A stretch of DNA of 64,000 nucleotides from the human T2T-CHM13v2.0 reference genome, Homo sapiens. Under the pieces are notes generated by a model. It was not told where the DNA came from and made no database searches. It worked only from the letters and a program-made list of their open reading frames with translations. Made by a program: the position numbers and the translations under genes. Shown here one piece after another: positions 27,409 through 40,960 of the stretch (positions are counted from its first letter, which is position 1; the number at the start of each line of letters is the position of its first letter). Location: assembly GCF_009914755.1 (NCBI RefSeq), contig NC_060927.1; one strand, 5' to 3'.

Positions 27409-27912
27409 TGTAGTGTCATAGCCTGCTTCGAAAATACGTCTCATTGATTCCTGCCTCCTGATATTCTTGTTCTTGTGTGTGTAGATACTTCTTCTGGTAT
27501 ACAAAGTTCCTACTTACTTGCTTCTAGTGAATAGAATATGTTAAAAGTGATGAAATGTTACTTCTAAGATTACATTATTAAAAAAAAAAACAACATGACA
27601 TTTCTGTTTCCCTTGTACTCTCTCCCTCTCTGGCTCTTCTCACCTGCTGTGAGGAAGACAGCCACCATGTTGTAACCTTCCCTATGGAGAGGCCTATAAA
27701 GCAGAAAACTAAAGGCAGTCTCTGACCAATAGCCGGCAAGAAACGAGACCCTCAGCTCCACAGCATGCAAGGAACTGAATCTTGCCAACAATCACATGAG
27801 TGAGCCAGAAGATCCAGCTAAGCAGCACCAAAATTTGTTATCCATAGAAACTATGATGTAATAAATATAATTGAAGTTTTGGGTTAATTTGTTACACAGC
27901 ATTACTAATGCA
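27409..27912 (+). mobile_element. MLT1 (F/G-like) MaLR solo LTR
   Basis: gattcctgcctcctgatattc...gccaccatgttgt...aaggaactgaatcttgccaacaatcacatgagtgagc...tttgttacacagc. Confidence 0.8.
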
Positions 27913-28376
27913 CTTGGATTTGTAAGACTGCTTTTTAAAGCAAATTTAAATAGCTAGATAACTTAATGACATTTCTGAGATCTTAAAAAAGGGTCATTAC
28001 AACAGACTTGATGCCAACTTTCCCACAATACAAATAATTTGCAGGCTAATTATTTATGATCTCACTAATACAAATTTTCAGAGGAAGTTTATTTTCCTTA
28101 TTTTCTTCTGTTTCCCTCATTTAGAAGAGATAATCTAATAACTAAAGTAACTTGAAAATTATGGACAGGTTTTTTTTTTAAGATTCTAAAATTATCTGCC
28201 TCAAAGGAAAAACTGAAATCATATCAAGATAAGGTATTTATTTCAAATATTTTTAAGTAAACTGTCAACCTGTTCCAAGGTTAAGTGTGGTTTTACAAAA
28301 GTTGATTCTCTTTCCTTTCACTTTTGACCCAAATATCAGTTTCATCTAACCACAGTTTTTAAATAGATTATGGAAC

Positions 28377-28379
<3 letters not shown>

Positions 28380-28451
<72 letters not shown>

Positions 28452-28460
28452 TGTGTGTGT
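28380..28460. repeat. Compound microsatellite (CT)n(GT)n
   Basis: Uninterrupted ct run followed directly by gt run. Confidence 0.98.
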
Positions 28461-29933
28461 ATCTCATAATTTTGGTTGGTTTTAGGTTATAGATAGTTCC
28501 ACTGTAGTGAAGTAAACCAGTGTGTTATCAACAAATATGTATTACATGATCTAAAGGTAAAATTATGTCTTGTTAACACTCTTTTTAAAATGCTAAACTT
28601 AAATGGGTCCTTGCTATGGGCAAGGTGTGATTTGGCAGGACCTTAAATCTAAATGACTTGTTAATGTTGGAAATTATGACCAATACACAAAGGGTTGGAA
28701 CCTACAGTCTGTTCAAATGACTGTTCTGGTGTTTGATATAAAAGGAATGTAATAGTAAGTTCTTCAAATATTCTCAATGAAACTAAAGTGTTTTTCTCAG
28801 ACTGTGATGCTCTTGGTGATAAAAAATAACATCAACACAAGAAAACTTACTTGACATACTTAATTTCAAATGCTTTTGCTTCTCTGTATTTCTGAATTTG
28901 TTGTTTAATAAACCTCATAAATATTTCACTGTTTCACTGAGAGAAGTTACCTTAAATAACTCCTTCAGATAAAGAAAAAAATTAAAAACAAAGTCACAAA
29001 GGAATATAGTTATATGATACTATGTTGAAAATTGTCAGGTTTGGCAAATCCTGATCATTTTTCTTCCGTTGCTGAGAGACTGAAATAAATTTGATTAATC
29101 TACCTCTCTACCTCCAAAGCTCCATTAAATTAATCAGAATACAAATGGGAATTTAGTAAAACTAGAATATATTTGAGGGGGTATATTTTTGCTGATTATA
29201 AAAGCAGTCTGAACTGTAATAACTTTTATTTCTACCAACTATTTAGAAATAGTTGATCAATAATTGCAAATTCAATACCCAGAATTGATTTCCTTCCTTG
29301 TTAAATTAGAGAAGGTATTTACAGTGGCATTTGTTTACAAAATGCAGCTTAAACATCTGCTTCCAAAGTCGGTGTTTTCTTTCTTCTACCGTTACTGAGT
29401 CAGATGAAGTCTTAACTGCTGTCAACGTAGGCAGATCTGAGTACATTTCTATGAAAATACTTGTCCTCAGGTCTCCTCTACTCTGATGGGCACAGGATGT
29501 TCCACTGGAGGAATTTCATCGGACAAAGTTTTCACAAATCTGTGCAGATCAGTTCTATTTAGTACTTTAAGTCCCCTGTTATACCCTGTACCAGGGCCCC
29601 CTGATGACTAAACTTAGATATCCTTTAAAAATGGAATGATCAGATTCAACTATTTGAAGAAAATACTTTGGGGCACCTGGGGAAAATTCAAAAGGACGTA
29701 AATATTAAAGAAAGTAAAATGTGGAATGTTCAAGTACAGAGAATTGTCTTGAGAATCAGGACACAGAAGTTTTCTAGTATCTGTTCTACGAATAGCATAC
29801 CCTAGTTCTTTAAAGTAATATAGGATCTCCTCTCAACAGGCTGGCCTGAGGCAAACTGGGAAGTAGGTGAGGCTGGAGTGTTTGTTTCCCACTTGTATCA
29901 TTCCTTCTAGCAATAAATATGCATTAGCATTTT

Positions 29934-30403
29934 AAGTGGGTGTCCTTGCTTTGACTACTGGAAATTGGCATTTTAGGCACTGTGAAGATAGCTAAGAGAA
30001 AGTGTTTCTGAGTAGCAGTAGCCTTTTAGAGCTCCAAGATCAGCATACAGCTGGCAGCCCGCTCTGCCTAAGTACTCTGGGGCTCTACTATCTTGAGGAC
30101 ACATTAGGTAGCACAGCAAAAATGTTGTATAGAATACATAGGTATCCATAGGAAAGCTTCAGGTCTGTCCCACTCCCTTCCAGCCTGCAACCGTGAGCCC
30201 AGTATGCTAGATATTCTGACCTCTATGCATCTCCTTTCTAAATCAATAGTAGAGCCCCAGAATGCTTAGGCAGAGGGGGCAGCCAGCCATATGCTGAAGT
30301 TGCAGCTTTCAAAGGCTACTGCTACTCAGAAACACTTTCTCTTAGCTATCTTCACAGTGCCTAAAATGCCAATTTCCAGTAGTTAAGGCAAGGACACCCA
30401 CTT
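29934..30403. repeat. Long inverted repeat: 158-bp arms (29934-30091 / 30246-30403) with 154-nt spacer
   Basis: Manual ungapped alignment of the left arm with the reverse complement of the right arm gives 13 differences in 158 bp; 29954-30026 is a 73-bp perfect match. Confidence 0.97.
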
Positions 30404-31679
30404 TCTAAACCGCGCATGTACTTGACCTGAACCTAAGTCTATCTTATACTCAGAATTAGCTAAATATTATTTGCTTAACAGAAATATTTGCCTTAGACTG
30501 ACTATTTGCAGGCTTTCAAAATTTGTTTTAAATATGGATTTAGAGAATGTTGATGACCTCAAAAAGAAGTTATATTTGATATAAAAATGATTAGAGTCAC
30601 CATTTCGCTTTAATCAATCTCAATAATCTTCTGCTTCATTTTTTAAACTTTTAATGAGATTTATCTAAGATAATAGGTGAGGTCAAATAGATTTTTTATT
30701 TTTAATATAAAAATGTGAACAGAAAGCATTTTATTGAATAGCAAGCGTATTCTACATTAATGTGTGTGCCGATGCTGTGGGGTAATTCTAGAGATTTATT
30801 TAACACCTGTAACATGCCACGTGAGAGAAATGAGTTGGTGGGAGAAAAGAGTTATTGTTAAACATAGTAGTATTTAATTCTGTGCCAATCTGTGTGGTGG
30901 ACTTAAGGAGGATAACAGAGTTTCAAAGGCAGGGGTCATATTAGAAGACAGGAATGTTGCACAGTCTTTGGAGAGATATAAAGAATGGGGTTTAATGTTT
31001 CTTGAAGATCCAGGAGGAGCCCCATGGTTTAGAAGCCAGAATAGACATGACTTTTCATAAATCGTAGATTAAGTAATACTTTATCTATAGTAGAACCTCA
31101 TGGGGAAGTGAGGTAAAGTGCATAAGAGGAATTTAACTGCCTTGGATATGAGGCTAAATAATAAAAAGTTTTTCCTGTAGTTTGTGAATCTGGGTGTGGT
31201 ATTACCAAAGTAGTGTTTTGGAACTATAACTCTGATAGCTGTGCCCAGGCCTCATGAGACATGAGAGAGGAGGCCAGATGAAGGAGACCAATTAGAAGGA
31301 TATTGCAGTGACGGGAAAGATGATCATAGTGGGAATGATAAGGAAAGGAATGTCCTAGGGACAATTTTCAAAAGTAATTAATGAGACTTCCTATTTATAT
31401 AAACCTATGTTATCAAAACATATATTTTTCAAAGCAAATGAACACTTTGAGGCTGGATGAAGGAAAAACAGCACACTTGGTTGTAGACAGCTGGGCAGGG
31501 AAGTGTGAAACTGCCCACAGAGGGTACAGTATAAGGGGTTCATTGATTGTTCAGCTGTTTGGGCAACTTCTGCCCTGAATGTAAAAAGAAGATGAGGAAA
31601 TCATCTCAGGGTGTCAGATAAGTACCAGGAAAATAATTCAGTCTTCAATTTTGATATTATTTCTGGAAAATCAGTAAAG

Positions 31680-31930
31680 TGGGTATTAGCATAGGCTCGG
31701 AGTCAGAAAGACCAGGTTTTGAGTTCTATTTAGCTGTAAACCTGACTACTTGTGTGAACTGGGTTGAGTGACTTAAGCATCACTAAATCTCAGTAACCAC
31801 ATCTGTAAAATAGAAACAGTAAATGACCTTTATAGTTTGATTGTAAGGATTAAATGAGATAGCTAATGTACAATACTGAGGAGAGAGTTTGACATGTAGT
31901 AATTAGCCAGTACATAAATATTAGCTGTCG
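31680..31930 (+). mobile_element. MIR
   Basis: ggagtcagaaagaccaggttttgag...catctgtaaaatagaaacagtaa...gtaaggattaaatgagat. Confidence 0.75.
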
Positions 31931-32199
31931 CTGTTCTTATGGTGACGATGTTATAAAATGGCCAAAAGAACATAGGATGATGGCTTTGGAAGGAGTTAGA
32001 AGCAACATTGCAAGTCTGATATTTTTCTGCAGCTCTGGAGAAAACTAAGGCTATGAAAGGCTAAATTTAAGTGAAACCAGACAGAAGATTCCTACCTCAC
32101 ATTTTTCTATTAAAATGAGAATAAAAGCCTGAAACTATGCCTTCTACTTGGTTATTATTTGCAAGATAGTTCATAACATATACCTCACTATCTCTGACT

Positions 32200-32497
32200 T
32201 TTTGTGTTTTTTTTTTTTGAAATGGAGTCTCGCTCTGTCACCCAGCCTGTAGTGCAGTAGTGCAATCTCAGCTCACTGCAACCTCTGCTTCCTGGGTTCA
32301 AGTGATTCTCCTGCCTCAGCCTCTTGAGTAGCTGGGATTACAGGTGCCAGCCACCGCGCCTGACTAATTTTTGTATTTTTAGTAGTGATGGGGTTTCACC
32401 ATATTGGCCAGGCTGGTCTTGAACTCCTGACCTTGTGATCTGCCCACCTCAGCAATCCAAAGTGTTGGGATTACAGGTGTGAGCCACCGCGCCCGGC
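32200..32497 (-). mobile_element. AluS (Sg/Sc-like)
   Basis: Full antisense Alu ending ...gagccaccgcgcccggcc; TSD tatctctgac. Confidence 0.96.
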
Positions 32498-32642
32498 CTT
32501 ATCTCTGACATTTTTAAATGAAAAGTTAACATATTAAATATTAGAACATTATAAAACTATTTTTATGAGAATGTCAGGGTTGGCTAAATATATAAACTGA
32601 TAAATTACTATGAAGTTGGTATACTCATTGATAGTAATGGGC

Positions 32643-32945
32643 ACTGGGTGCAGTGGCTCACGCCTATAATTCTAACACTTTGGGAGGCCAAGGTAGGAGG
32701 ATTGCTTGAATGCAGGACTTCAAGATCAGCCTGGGCAACATGATGAGACCCCCATCTCTATGAAAAATTTGAAAATTAGCCAGGTGTGGTAGATGCACAT
32801 GTGGTTGTAGCTACTCCAGAGGCTGATGTGGAAGGATCACTTGAGCCCAGGAGGTCAAGGCTGCAATGAGTCATGATCACGCCACTGTACTCCAGCCTGG
32901 GCGAGGGAATAAGACCTTGTCTCAAAATAAATAAATAAATAAGTA
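32643..32945 (+). mobile_element. AluJ
   Basis: ggaggattgcttga, ggatcacttgagcccaggaggtcaaggctgca (J-type diagnostics); TSD tagtaatgggca. Confidence 0.95.
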
Positions 32946-33268
32946 GTAATGGGCAAGAGTAAGATACAAAATTTTTAAACATTGAAAATTTACGTAGGAA
33001 AACTCCGAAATTTTTTGGTGACCACAGGGAAGAAAAACAGGGAAGTGAGGCAGCTTTTAGTTTTTTGACACTTTAGCATTTATTCAGAATTTTATTTTTA
33101 AGATGGCAGCATTTAAGCCAGGAAGACAGAGAAATGTTGGTAGAATACTGAAGGACATAGCTAGTTAGGAAAATAGAATCAATTAGGAAAAAGGAAGTGA
33201 ATGCTTAGTTTTCTTGTATGAAACCAGAGGCAGGAGTAGGCTATCCCATCTAAAAAAGATGTCAGGTG

Positions 33269-33605
33269 GATCAGGTTTGATGTCTTATGCCTGTAATCCT
33301 AGCACTTTGGGAGACCGAGGTGGGTGGATCACTTGAGTCCAGCTGTTCAACACCAGCCTGAGGAACATGGCAAAACCCTGTCTCTACAAAAACAAAACAA
33401 AACCAAAACACACATGAAAAAACAATTAGCTGGGCGTGGTGGTATGGGCCAGTAGGCCCAACCACTTGGGAGACTGAGGTGTGAGGATCACTTGAGCCTG
33501 GGAGGAGAAGATTGCAGTGAGCCAAGATTGTACCACTGCACTCCAGCCTGGATGACACAGCGAGACCCTTTGCGAGACCCTGTCCCAAAAAAAAAAAAAA
33601 AAAAA
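33269..33605 (+). mobile_element. AluJ
   Basis: Dimeric Alu with expanded linker, ggatcacttgagcctgggagg and poly-A tail. Confidence 0.93.
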
Positions 33606-36600
33606 TCAAGTGTGCATTTGTTTGGAAATATGAATCTGACAAGTGAATAAGAAATATTCTCAGTTCATTCCGTTATTTATTATGTACATGTTTTCTGACC
33701 GAAACCGTATTCTGTGAGAAACTAAGTATTTCCAAGAATATAGAGACAATGGTTTGCTCTCAAGAAGCTTATGTCCAAGTAAGATCTAGTCGGAAGATCT
33801 GGAAACCCTTCTGAAGAAGTTAGCATTGAGAATGTCTTTAAAAAAGATTTCAGAGGGCAGAGATTAGAAGGCGCCTCATGTGGAAAGGACCAGAATGAAT
33901 TAAAAGGTGGAAAAGATGCATAGTTGATAACAGAGAAGTAAAAGTAATTATGTTACCTGGTTGCAGAAAAGGGAAAATAAAGGGGAGAATCTTTGAAAAG
34001 TAAGTCTAAGTCTACTTTCACGTTATTGTATTTATCCTCGCAGTTACTCTGAGTGGTAATTGCATGCTCCTTTCATTCTACAAATGAACCAGAGAATTCA
34101 TGGGTTTGCCTAAAATCACTTAACAAGAAAGTATGGTACAAGAACTCCCCATCCTAAGGAGAGACTATGTCCTTGGGGAAGGAAGCAGAGGATAAGATTT
34201 TGACCTTGGGTGAGTTAAAAGATGGCATTGTAAGATAGGGACTAGAGAAAGCCAACAGAGAACTAACTTTGGCATGAGGATGAACAGTGTGTGCTGTAAT
34301 GGTTATTTGACAGGTGCCAGTAAGAGAACAAAAATAAGATTGGAAAATATAGACTCAGGAGTTTTATGTGAATAAAACCATGAAAGTGTGGGGCACATCA
34401 AGGATACTGAAGGCAAAATAGAGGATTTGGGTATAGTAGTGAGGTCTGAATTAAAATTGAGCAACGGGAATGTGAGGGCAGCCACGTCTGTAAAGCTGTC
34501 TAACTGCTTCCCACAAAGCTTGCAGTCCAGAGCAGGAACAGACCAAGCAGACACAGTGAGTGACAGAGAGAAGGGTATTGGTGTTTGCCACTTTAGCATA
34601 AGGTAAGATGTCAAAGATTCGTTTTGGAGCCCCCCTAGAAGGAACTGACCATGGAGTTCAAAATGAGTTCATAGCAGAGTAGCAATGAGGAAGTTAAAGA
34701 GAATGGCTGAGTGAATCACTACCAGTATTAATATGTCCATACCTATGAAGTAGATTTGAAACATAAATGACTCAACTTGAAGACAGTAAGATATATTGCC
34801 ACTCCCAATGTAAATAGTATCATATTTTCTGATTAATAAATTAAATGACTGAGTAAAACATGCCCTCTTGAGTGGAATTTTCTGGAGTGAAATTCCATAT
34901 AAATATCAAATGGCTTCATTACCTAAATAACTCCTTAGGCTATGTTTGTATGATATTGATATAAATATATATAACAACTATCTAATCATATTTTTAAGAG
35001 AATAATGAATCAATAAAAATAAAATTTTAGATACAGTGAGTTCAAGAAAATCATAGGTTTTTTTTTCAAGTGAAGAAACAGAATGAAGTCATGCTAGGGA
35101 TACAGAAGCCATTCTTTTAGAACATTATTCCATTCCATCGCAAAGTTTGTGTACAACTTCTACAAGTTTTAGTTTATATTTAATTAAGATTAGCTAAGAG
35201 GTTATGCTGCATGTATTTCAATAACTTTTGAACAATAAAATTTCAGAATTTTGGCGGGGGGGCACTTTAGCATATGTAAATAGTTTCAGTATGAACATTG
35301 AGCAGCACATCTTTTGAACATAAGAGCTAATGAGGTTTAACTAAAATCATTTCTTCCACTGGTAGAAAATTCCAAATCTTGGCGTCACTCTTTTGGATGA
35401 AGACACTGGTTCTCTGAGTTCTTTTCCTTCTAAAAGTCTATATGTAGCAGTGAAGCCTGAAAGATCATTTTCAATGTTTTGGAAATTCTAATGAAACTCT
35501 TAATTTACTTCTTCCCATTTGGTTGAAAGTATCACAGTTCTAAATTCGTGCTAATCAGAAGCTCAGATTAATTGCCGGTGATATCACCAAAACTTCTGGA
35601 ATATGATGATAGAGCAGACACACTTACCTGAATCATATGTCTGATTATCACAATACCCATATCCATCACTTATTTTCTTACAAATACAAAATGACAGTCA
35701 AAATCTTTCAAAACATAAGATCCACAGAGGAATAATAGAGTGGTCCTTTTAGTTAAATAAATGATAAATACTATATTTAAGGTACTAGGAATATCTTGAC
35801 TTAAATGTAAATGTTTCCTGGAATGAGGTAATAAGCAAATTGTTAGCTTTCATCTAATATAAATGTGGAGAATGGTTTGTCAGATACACTAGCAGAAAGT
35901 AGTCTGTTACAGTATGCAGGAAGGGTGTCAGTGCACTGAAAAGCTTGGGAATAGAATTCTTTTGGGAATGTTTGTAACATAAGCTTGTTTGGAATCCAGT
36001 GTAGAGGGAGCATCTCAAAATAAAAGGCTTGATTTCAAATGGAGAATTGAGGATGTAAATAACTCTCACGTGTTTCTGTCTAAGACTGACTCTATATAAA
36101 TACCTAGGAAAATTAAGAGAATCAAACAGACTTTATAAATCACAATTATTGCCCATTTCCTATTGGCAAAGATGATAATGTGCTAATATTTATGGTTAAG
36201 CTTCTGTGGTTGGGGTGTTGTTTGTGATTATAATTTCACACTAATTTAAATGATGTTTACTTTAGTAGAAGCATAAATATACAAAAGGAATTATTTAATT
36301 CCAAACTGTTCTTTATAGTAATGACCAACTACATGATGACAAGGGTGAGTTTAAATTCTGGGTGATTACTTATTTTCTTGTTGCAAACATATTGAAAATC
36401 TGGAATAAAATGCAAGTCATAATATTTACGATCAGACACGGATGTTACTTTGGCAAATTACACAGGGTTTACTTTTCTAAAGGATAGAAAGGGAAGCCAG
36501 TACAATCAAATTTGAAGGCAGAGAATTCAGCAACATTATTTTACCACAAACATTGATATAAGTTTCTGAGCTTCCCAGTGCCAACTCACTAGTGGAAACG

Positions 36601-38546
36601 TAGTTGTGGATGATTCTTAGCGTGTAAGGGGCACATCAGACCTTCTGAAAGTTCAATTACTCTCTTCAGCCTAGCTTTAAAAAGACAAAAGTTAAGCAGT
36701 CCGTTACACAGTCTTGCCCAGATACATGCTGGCCACAACTACCACTGAGCCGTGGGCTTCTTAGTCTTAGGGTTCTACCGTGCACAATGTGATTGCTAGT
36801 ATATAACAGACACACTTAATTTGGAATAAACTTCTAATCCACCACTCTTGGTCTTCCCAAGATTGTCTCACTTAGACCCAATACATTCCTGATTCTAGTG
36901 CTGTGGCATCAGAACAAGCCAAACATCTCTTGGAGTGGCTAACAGACCCTTGGATGAGCTATAGATGTTATTTGGCAGGAGATTACAAAATCTACCATAA
37001 ATCTGCATCCTGAATTCTGGTGGCATTTAAAATATGTTCTTACAATGGTCGAACTTAATTTTTAACTCTACTAAAAATAAATACAAACAATCTCATTATA
37101 TTTCTAAAGAAATATGTTTCCACATCATAAGAACTGGGGAAACTTAGGATACAATCAATAATTCTTTATTTTAAGAAAGCATACTGTCAAGATAAGTTAT
37201 TACATGAAGATAATGATTTTAAACCACATAATATTGGTTGATTTGGATCCTTAATCAATAAAAATTAGCAAATCTATTTAAATGATAATCAGAGCTCCTA
37301 GATTAGAAATAATTTTGATGAAGCGGTCCTTTAAAGTAAATGCCAGACATGATTGAAAATGTCACAAAAGGAATCGGAATTTCCTCCTGATGCCCAACCT
37401 GACAGTACGACTTGCCCAGGAATTACACATTCTTATTGAGAGGAGAGTGGAGCCAGATAGGCACAGACATTTCTGCAAATTTATATGACTCTTTTCAGTT
37501 TTTAACAGTAAGACTGGTAAGCATTTCTATATTAAAAAATGTCTTAAGGAAAAATAAAATTTTATTCCAGATACTTATGTTTCATCATTAGAGCTAAAAA
37601 GAAAAATGAAAAGGACATAAAAATAATGCATAAGTGGATTATTGATTCTTGAGCATGCCAGTATTTAGATATAAATCTCAGTGGAACTGAAGATAAGCTA
37701 TTAATATTTAAATTTCATTGCTTTAATTAATTTTATCAGTATCAAATCATGCATGGAAATAGCTAATTTGACACTAAAAGTATACACTTTACATTGCTAT
37801 ATGAAGAATCACTGTGGGTGTAACAACATCTGACTAAGTAATTAAACTAGGCGACATCACTTTATTTTACATATGTCTGCCTACACTATATCATTCAATT
37901 AGCTCATAATTGTAAAACCAATTAAATTCTGATTTTTATTAATTATTTGTCAAATATATGTGATATTCTGTGTCCAAAATTTGACCAGTGGTTTTAAAGC
38001 AAGATGTTTTGTCATTTTAAAAATAATTTATTTTCAAATAAATTTTGTTTTATTTAGAAGTGATACAGGCAATAACATAATTCTAAGTTTTTGAAATATA
38101 TTTAACATTTCTTTACATATATGTATATATGAAAAGAAATGCTATGAAATGTCATATGTTTTATATATATTTATTTATTTAACAAAGTCTGTAAGAATTA
38201 GACTCAGTTTCCTTTATTGGTTTAGCCGTTTGAAGAGCATAGGGAAATAAGGCCTTACCCTTCTTTGCATCACTCCATTCAAACCTCAGTGCCATTTCCT
38301 GAACACTCACATTTGGTCTGAATCTGCTCTGGATTCTGGGGACTCAGGATGCGTCTGAAGAGGCCCAGACAGCGTTCCTCTGTTCTCAACCAAAGGTTTC
38401 ATCTAAACTGGAAATGTTTTTCTGTATTCTCTTTGCCTAATAAATTCCTATACATCTTTCACAATCCAATTAAATTGTCATATTTTCTATGAAACCTTTC
38501 CTGAAGCTGCTAGAGAGTGCTAATAGTTCCTTTCTCCTCTGGGACC

Positions 38547-38548
<2 letters not shown>

Positions 38549-38630
<82 letters not shown>
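38549..38630. repeat. Compound microsatellite (AG)n(TG)n
   Basis: Direct reading. Confidence 0.98.
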
Positions 38631-38633
<3 letters not shown>

Positions 38634-39332
38634 ATCCTCACATGTGTGTATGTACATATGTGTGTTTCTAAAACCATCAACACTTGTCAAGGATTGTATA
38701 CAGGAAATGGCTAATGAATTCTATCTATGTGGCTGTTACTTTTAAAGGGTTAAAGAGTATCACCACTTGGTTAAAATTGTTTGTGGCCCTTGGAAATCAC
38801 TAACAATGGTACCTAAATAATTCAAATTTCTCCTATCCAAAGCAGCTCCAAGTATGTTCAGCTTGTGAACAATTAACATACAGAATTCTCTACAGCTATT
38901 AATAAATGCTGATTTGTTTAAATAACTGGACATTTAAAACTGATTCTCAATAGAAAATTTGCCTTATGTATCTTACATGCATATTTTCCTACTAAATCAA
39001 TACACTGATGGACACATCGAGTGACAAATTACAGATAAAAATATATTTCTTTCCAGGAAAAAAAAAAACCTATTCCCACTTTTAAAATGAGATTATGTAG
39101 AATACATTGTGGGAGGAAATGAAGCATTATAGTACTTAGAAAGTAATGCTCCCTTAAGATCCAAATGCATCAACCTAGATACCCTGACTAATTTTACAGG
39201 AGTTTAATGCACTACTAGAACATTGAAATCTGTGAAACAGCTCCACTAACTTGATTTTTAAGTGAAACTTCTGTTGTTTAAAGGAAGCAGTTTACTTTTA
39301 AAGTTGTTAAAATAGAGAAATTAATTGTATAA

Positions 39333-39722
<390 letters not shown>

Positions 39723-40960
39723 TATCTTCTGTCTTTTTAATAATTTCAGCCAAGGAAGGCACATTTGATCTTTATAGGAAATGAAAACCAGAAAATTTCA
39801 CAGATGTGCAGTTACTCTCTAATGAGTTAAAATACTGTTTCCTGGGAGGTGGGGGAACAAAATGGAGGAACAAAACCAAACAGTGAAATATGTATCTATA
39901 TATGCCACATAGTCTTTTGTCTACAGAAGAAAAAAATCTCAATATTGCTAAAACTTAAGTAGAATATTTCAAAAACCATACTATATGATGTCTCTATTAT
40001 ATTTTTAGAAAAAAAACACTAGTGAGGTTTTCAAGGAGAGGAACAGGTAAGATAGATTATTTTGCTAATTAATGTATAGCATGTAATTCTGGAAAAGGAT
40101 GACTAGTATGTGTGTCAGATTCATCCTTTTGGAGAGATGTTTGAAAACATCCCATTTCATTATGTCAATGTAGTTCCCTGAATCCACACAGCTTGTGCAG
40201 TGTGGAAACACAGAAGAACTCAGTAACATTTATTAGAAGTATTAATAGTGATCAACTGTCCATTGGAAGGGTTCTAGGCAGAAATTTAGACTAGATTGTT
40301 TCTGAAGTGTCTTGCAACTCTGAAATTATATGTTGTCTTAATTTTGTTTTCCTATTTATGTGTGTATAGGATTAGAATATTTCTTACACAAAAGTATATA
40401 GACATTTTAAAAAAAAGAAGTAATGACCTAATGGAAGGGTTTTACTCTTTGGGGTCACAAAGACCAAAATGTAAATCCTAAATCATTATGATGCTACTTC
40501 CTACCTATGTAGCATTAGGATTATTTATTTAGTTTTTGAGACGCAGGTTCTTTCTTCATAGGGTGATCTTAAGGTTGGAAATTACTTTCTCTGTTTTACG
40601 CCATAGTCTCTGAAAAAGAAAAGGACTGACAACCACAGTGGTTTACTGCTGTTTCAACTTAGAAGAAACATTGGATTTGTTAATTTTAGAGAAACTTTAT
40701 TTCAGTCATATTTTGCAACTTACTACTCTGGGAATATCTTGCATTTACCCTCTCCTTTCCAAATCAACAAATCTAAAGAATGATTCCTTAATACTAGCTG
40801 CATTTCTATAAATGAAGATTATATATCCTTTATTTTTTAGTGACACAAGTACCGTAATACAACGGTGTGTGTGTGTGTGTGTATGTAAATGTGGATATAT
40901 TTTTCCCTTTAGTCTCAGATTGCAACGTTAGTGCATTTGGCTAAAGACTGTATATACTCT

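Noticed and set aside
35622-35680. Strong minus-strand donor (TTCAG|gtaagt) with a short open frame DGYGYCDNQTYDS
   Set aside because: No convincing acceptor and no recognisable protein
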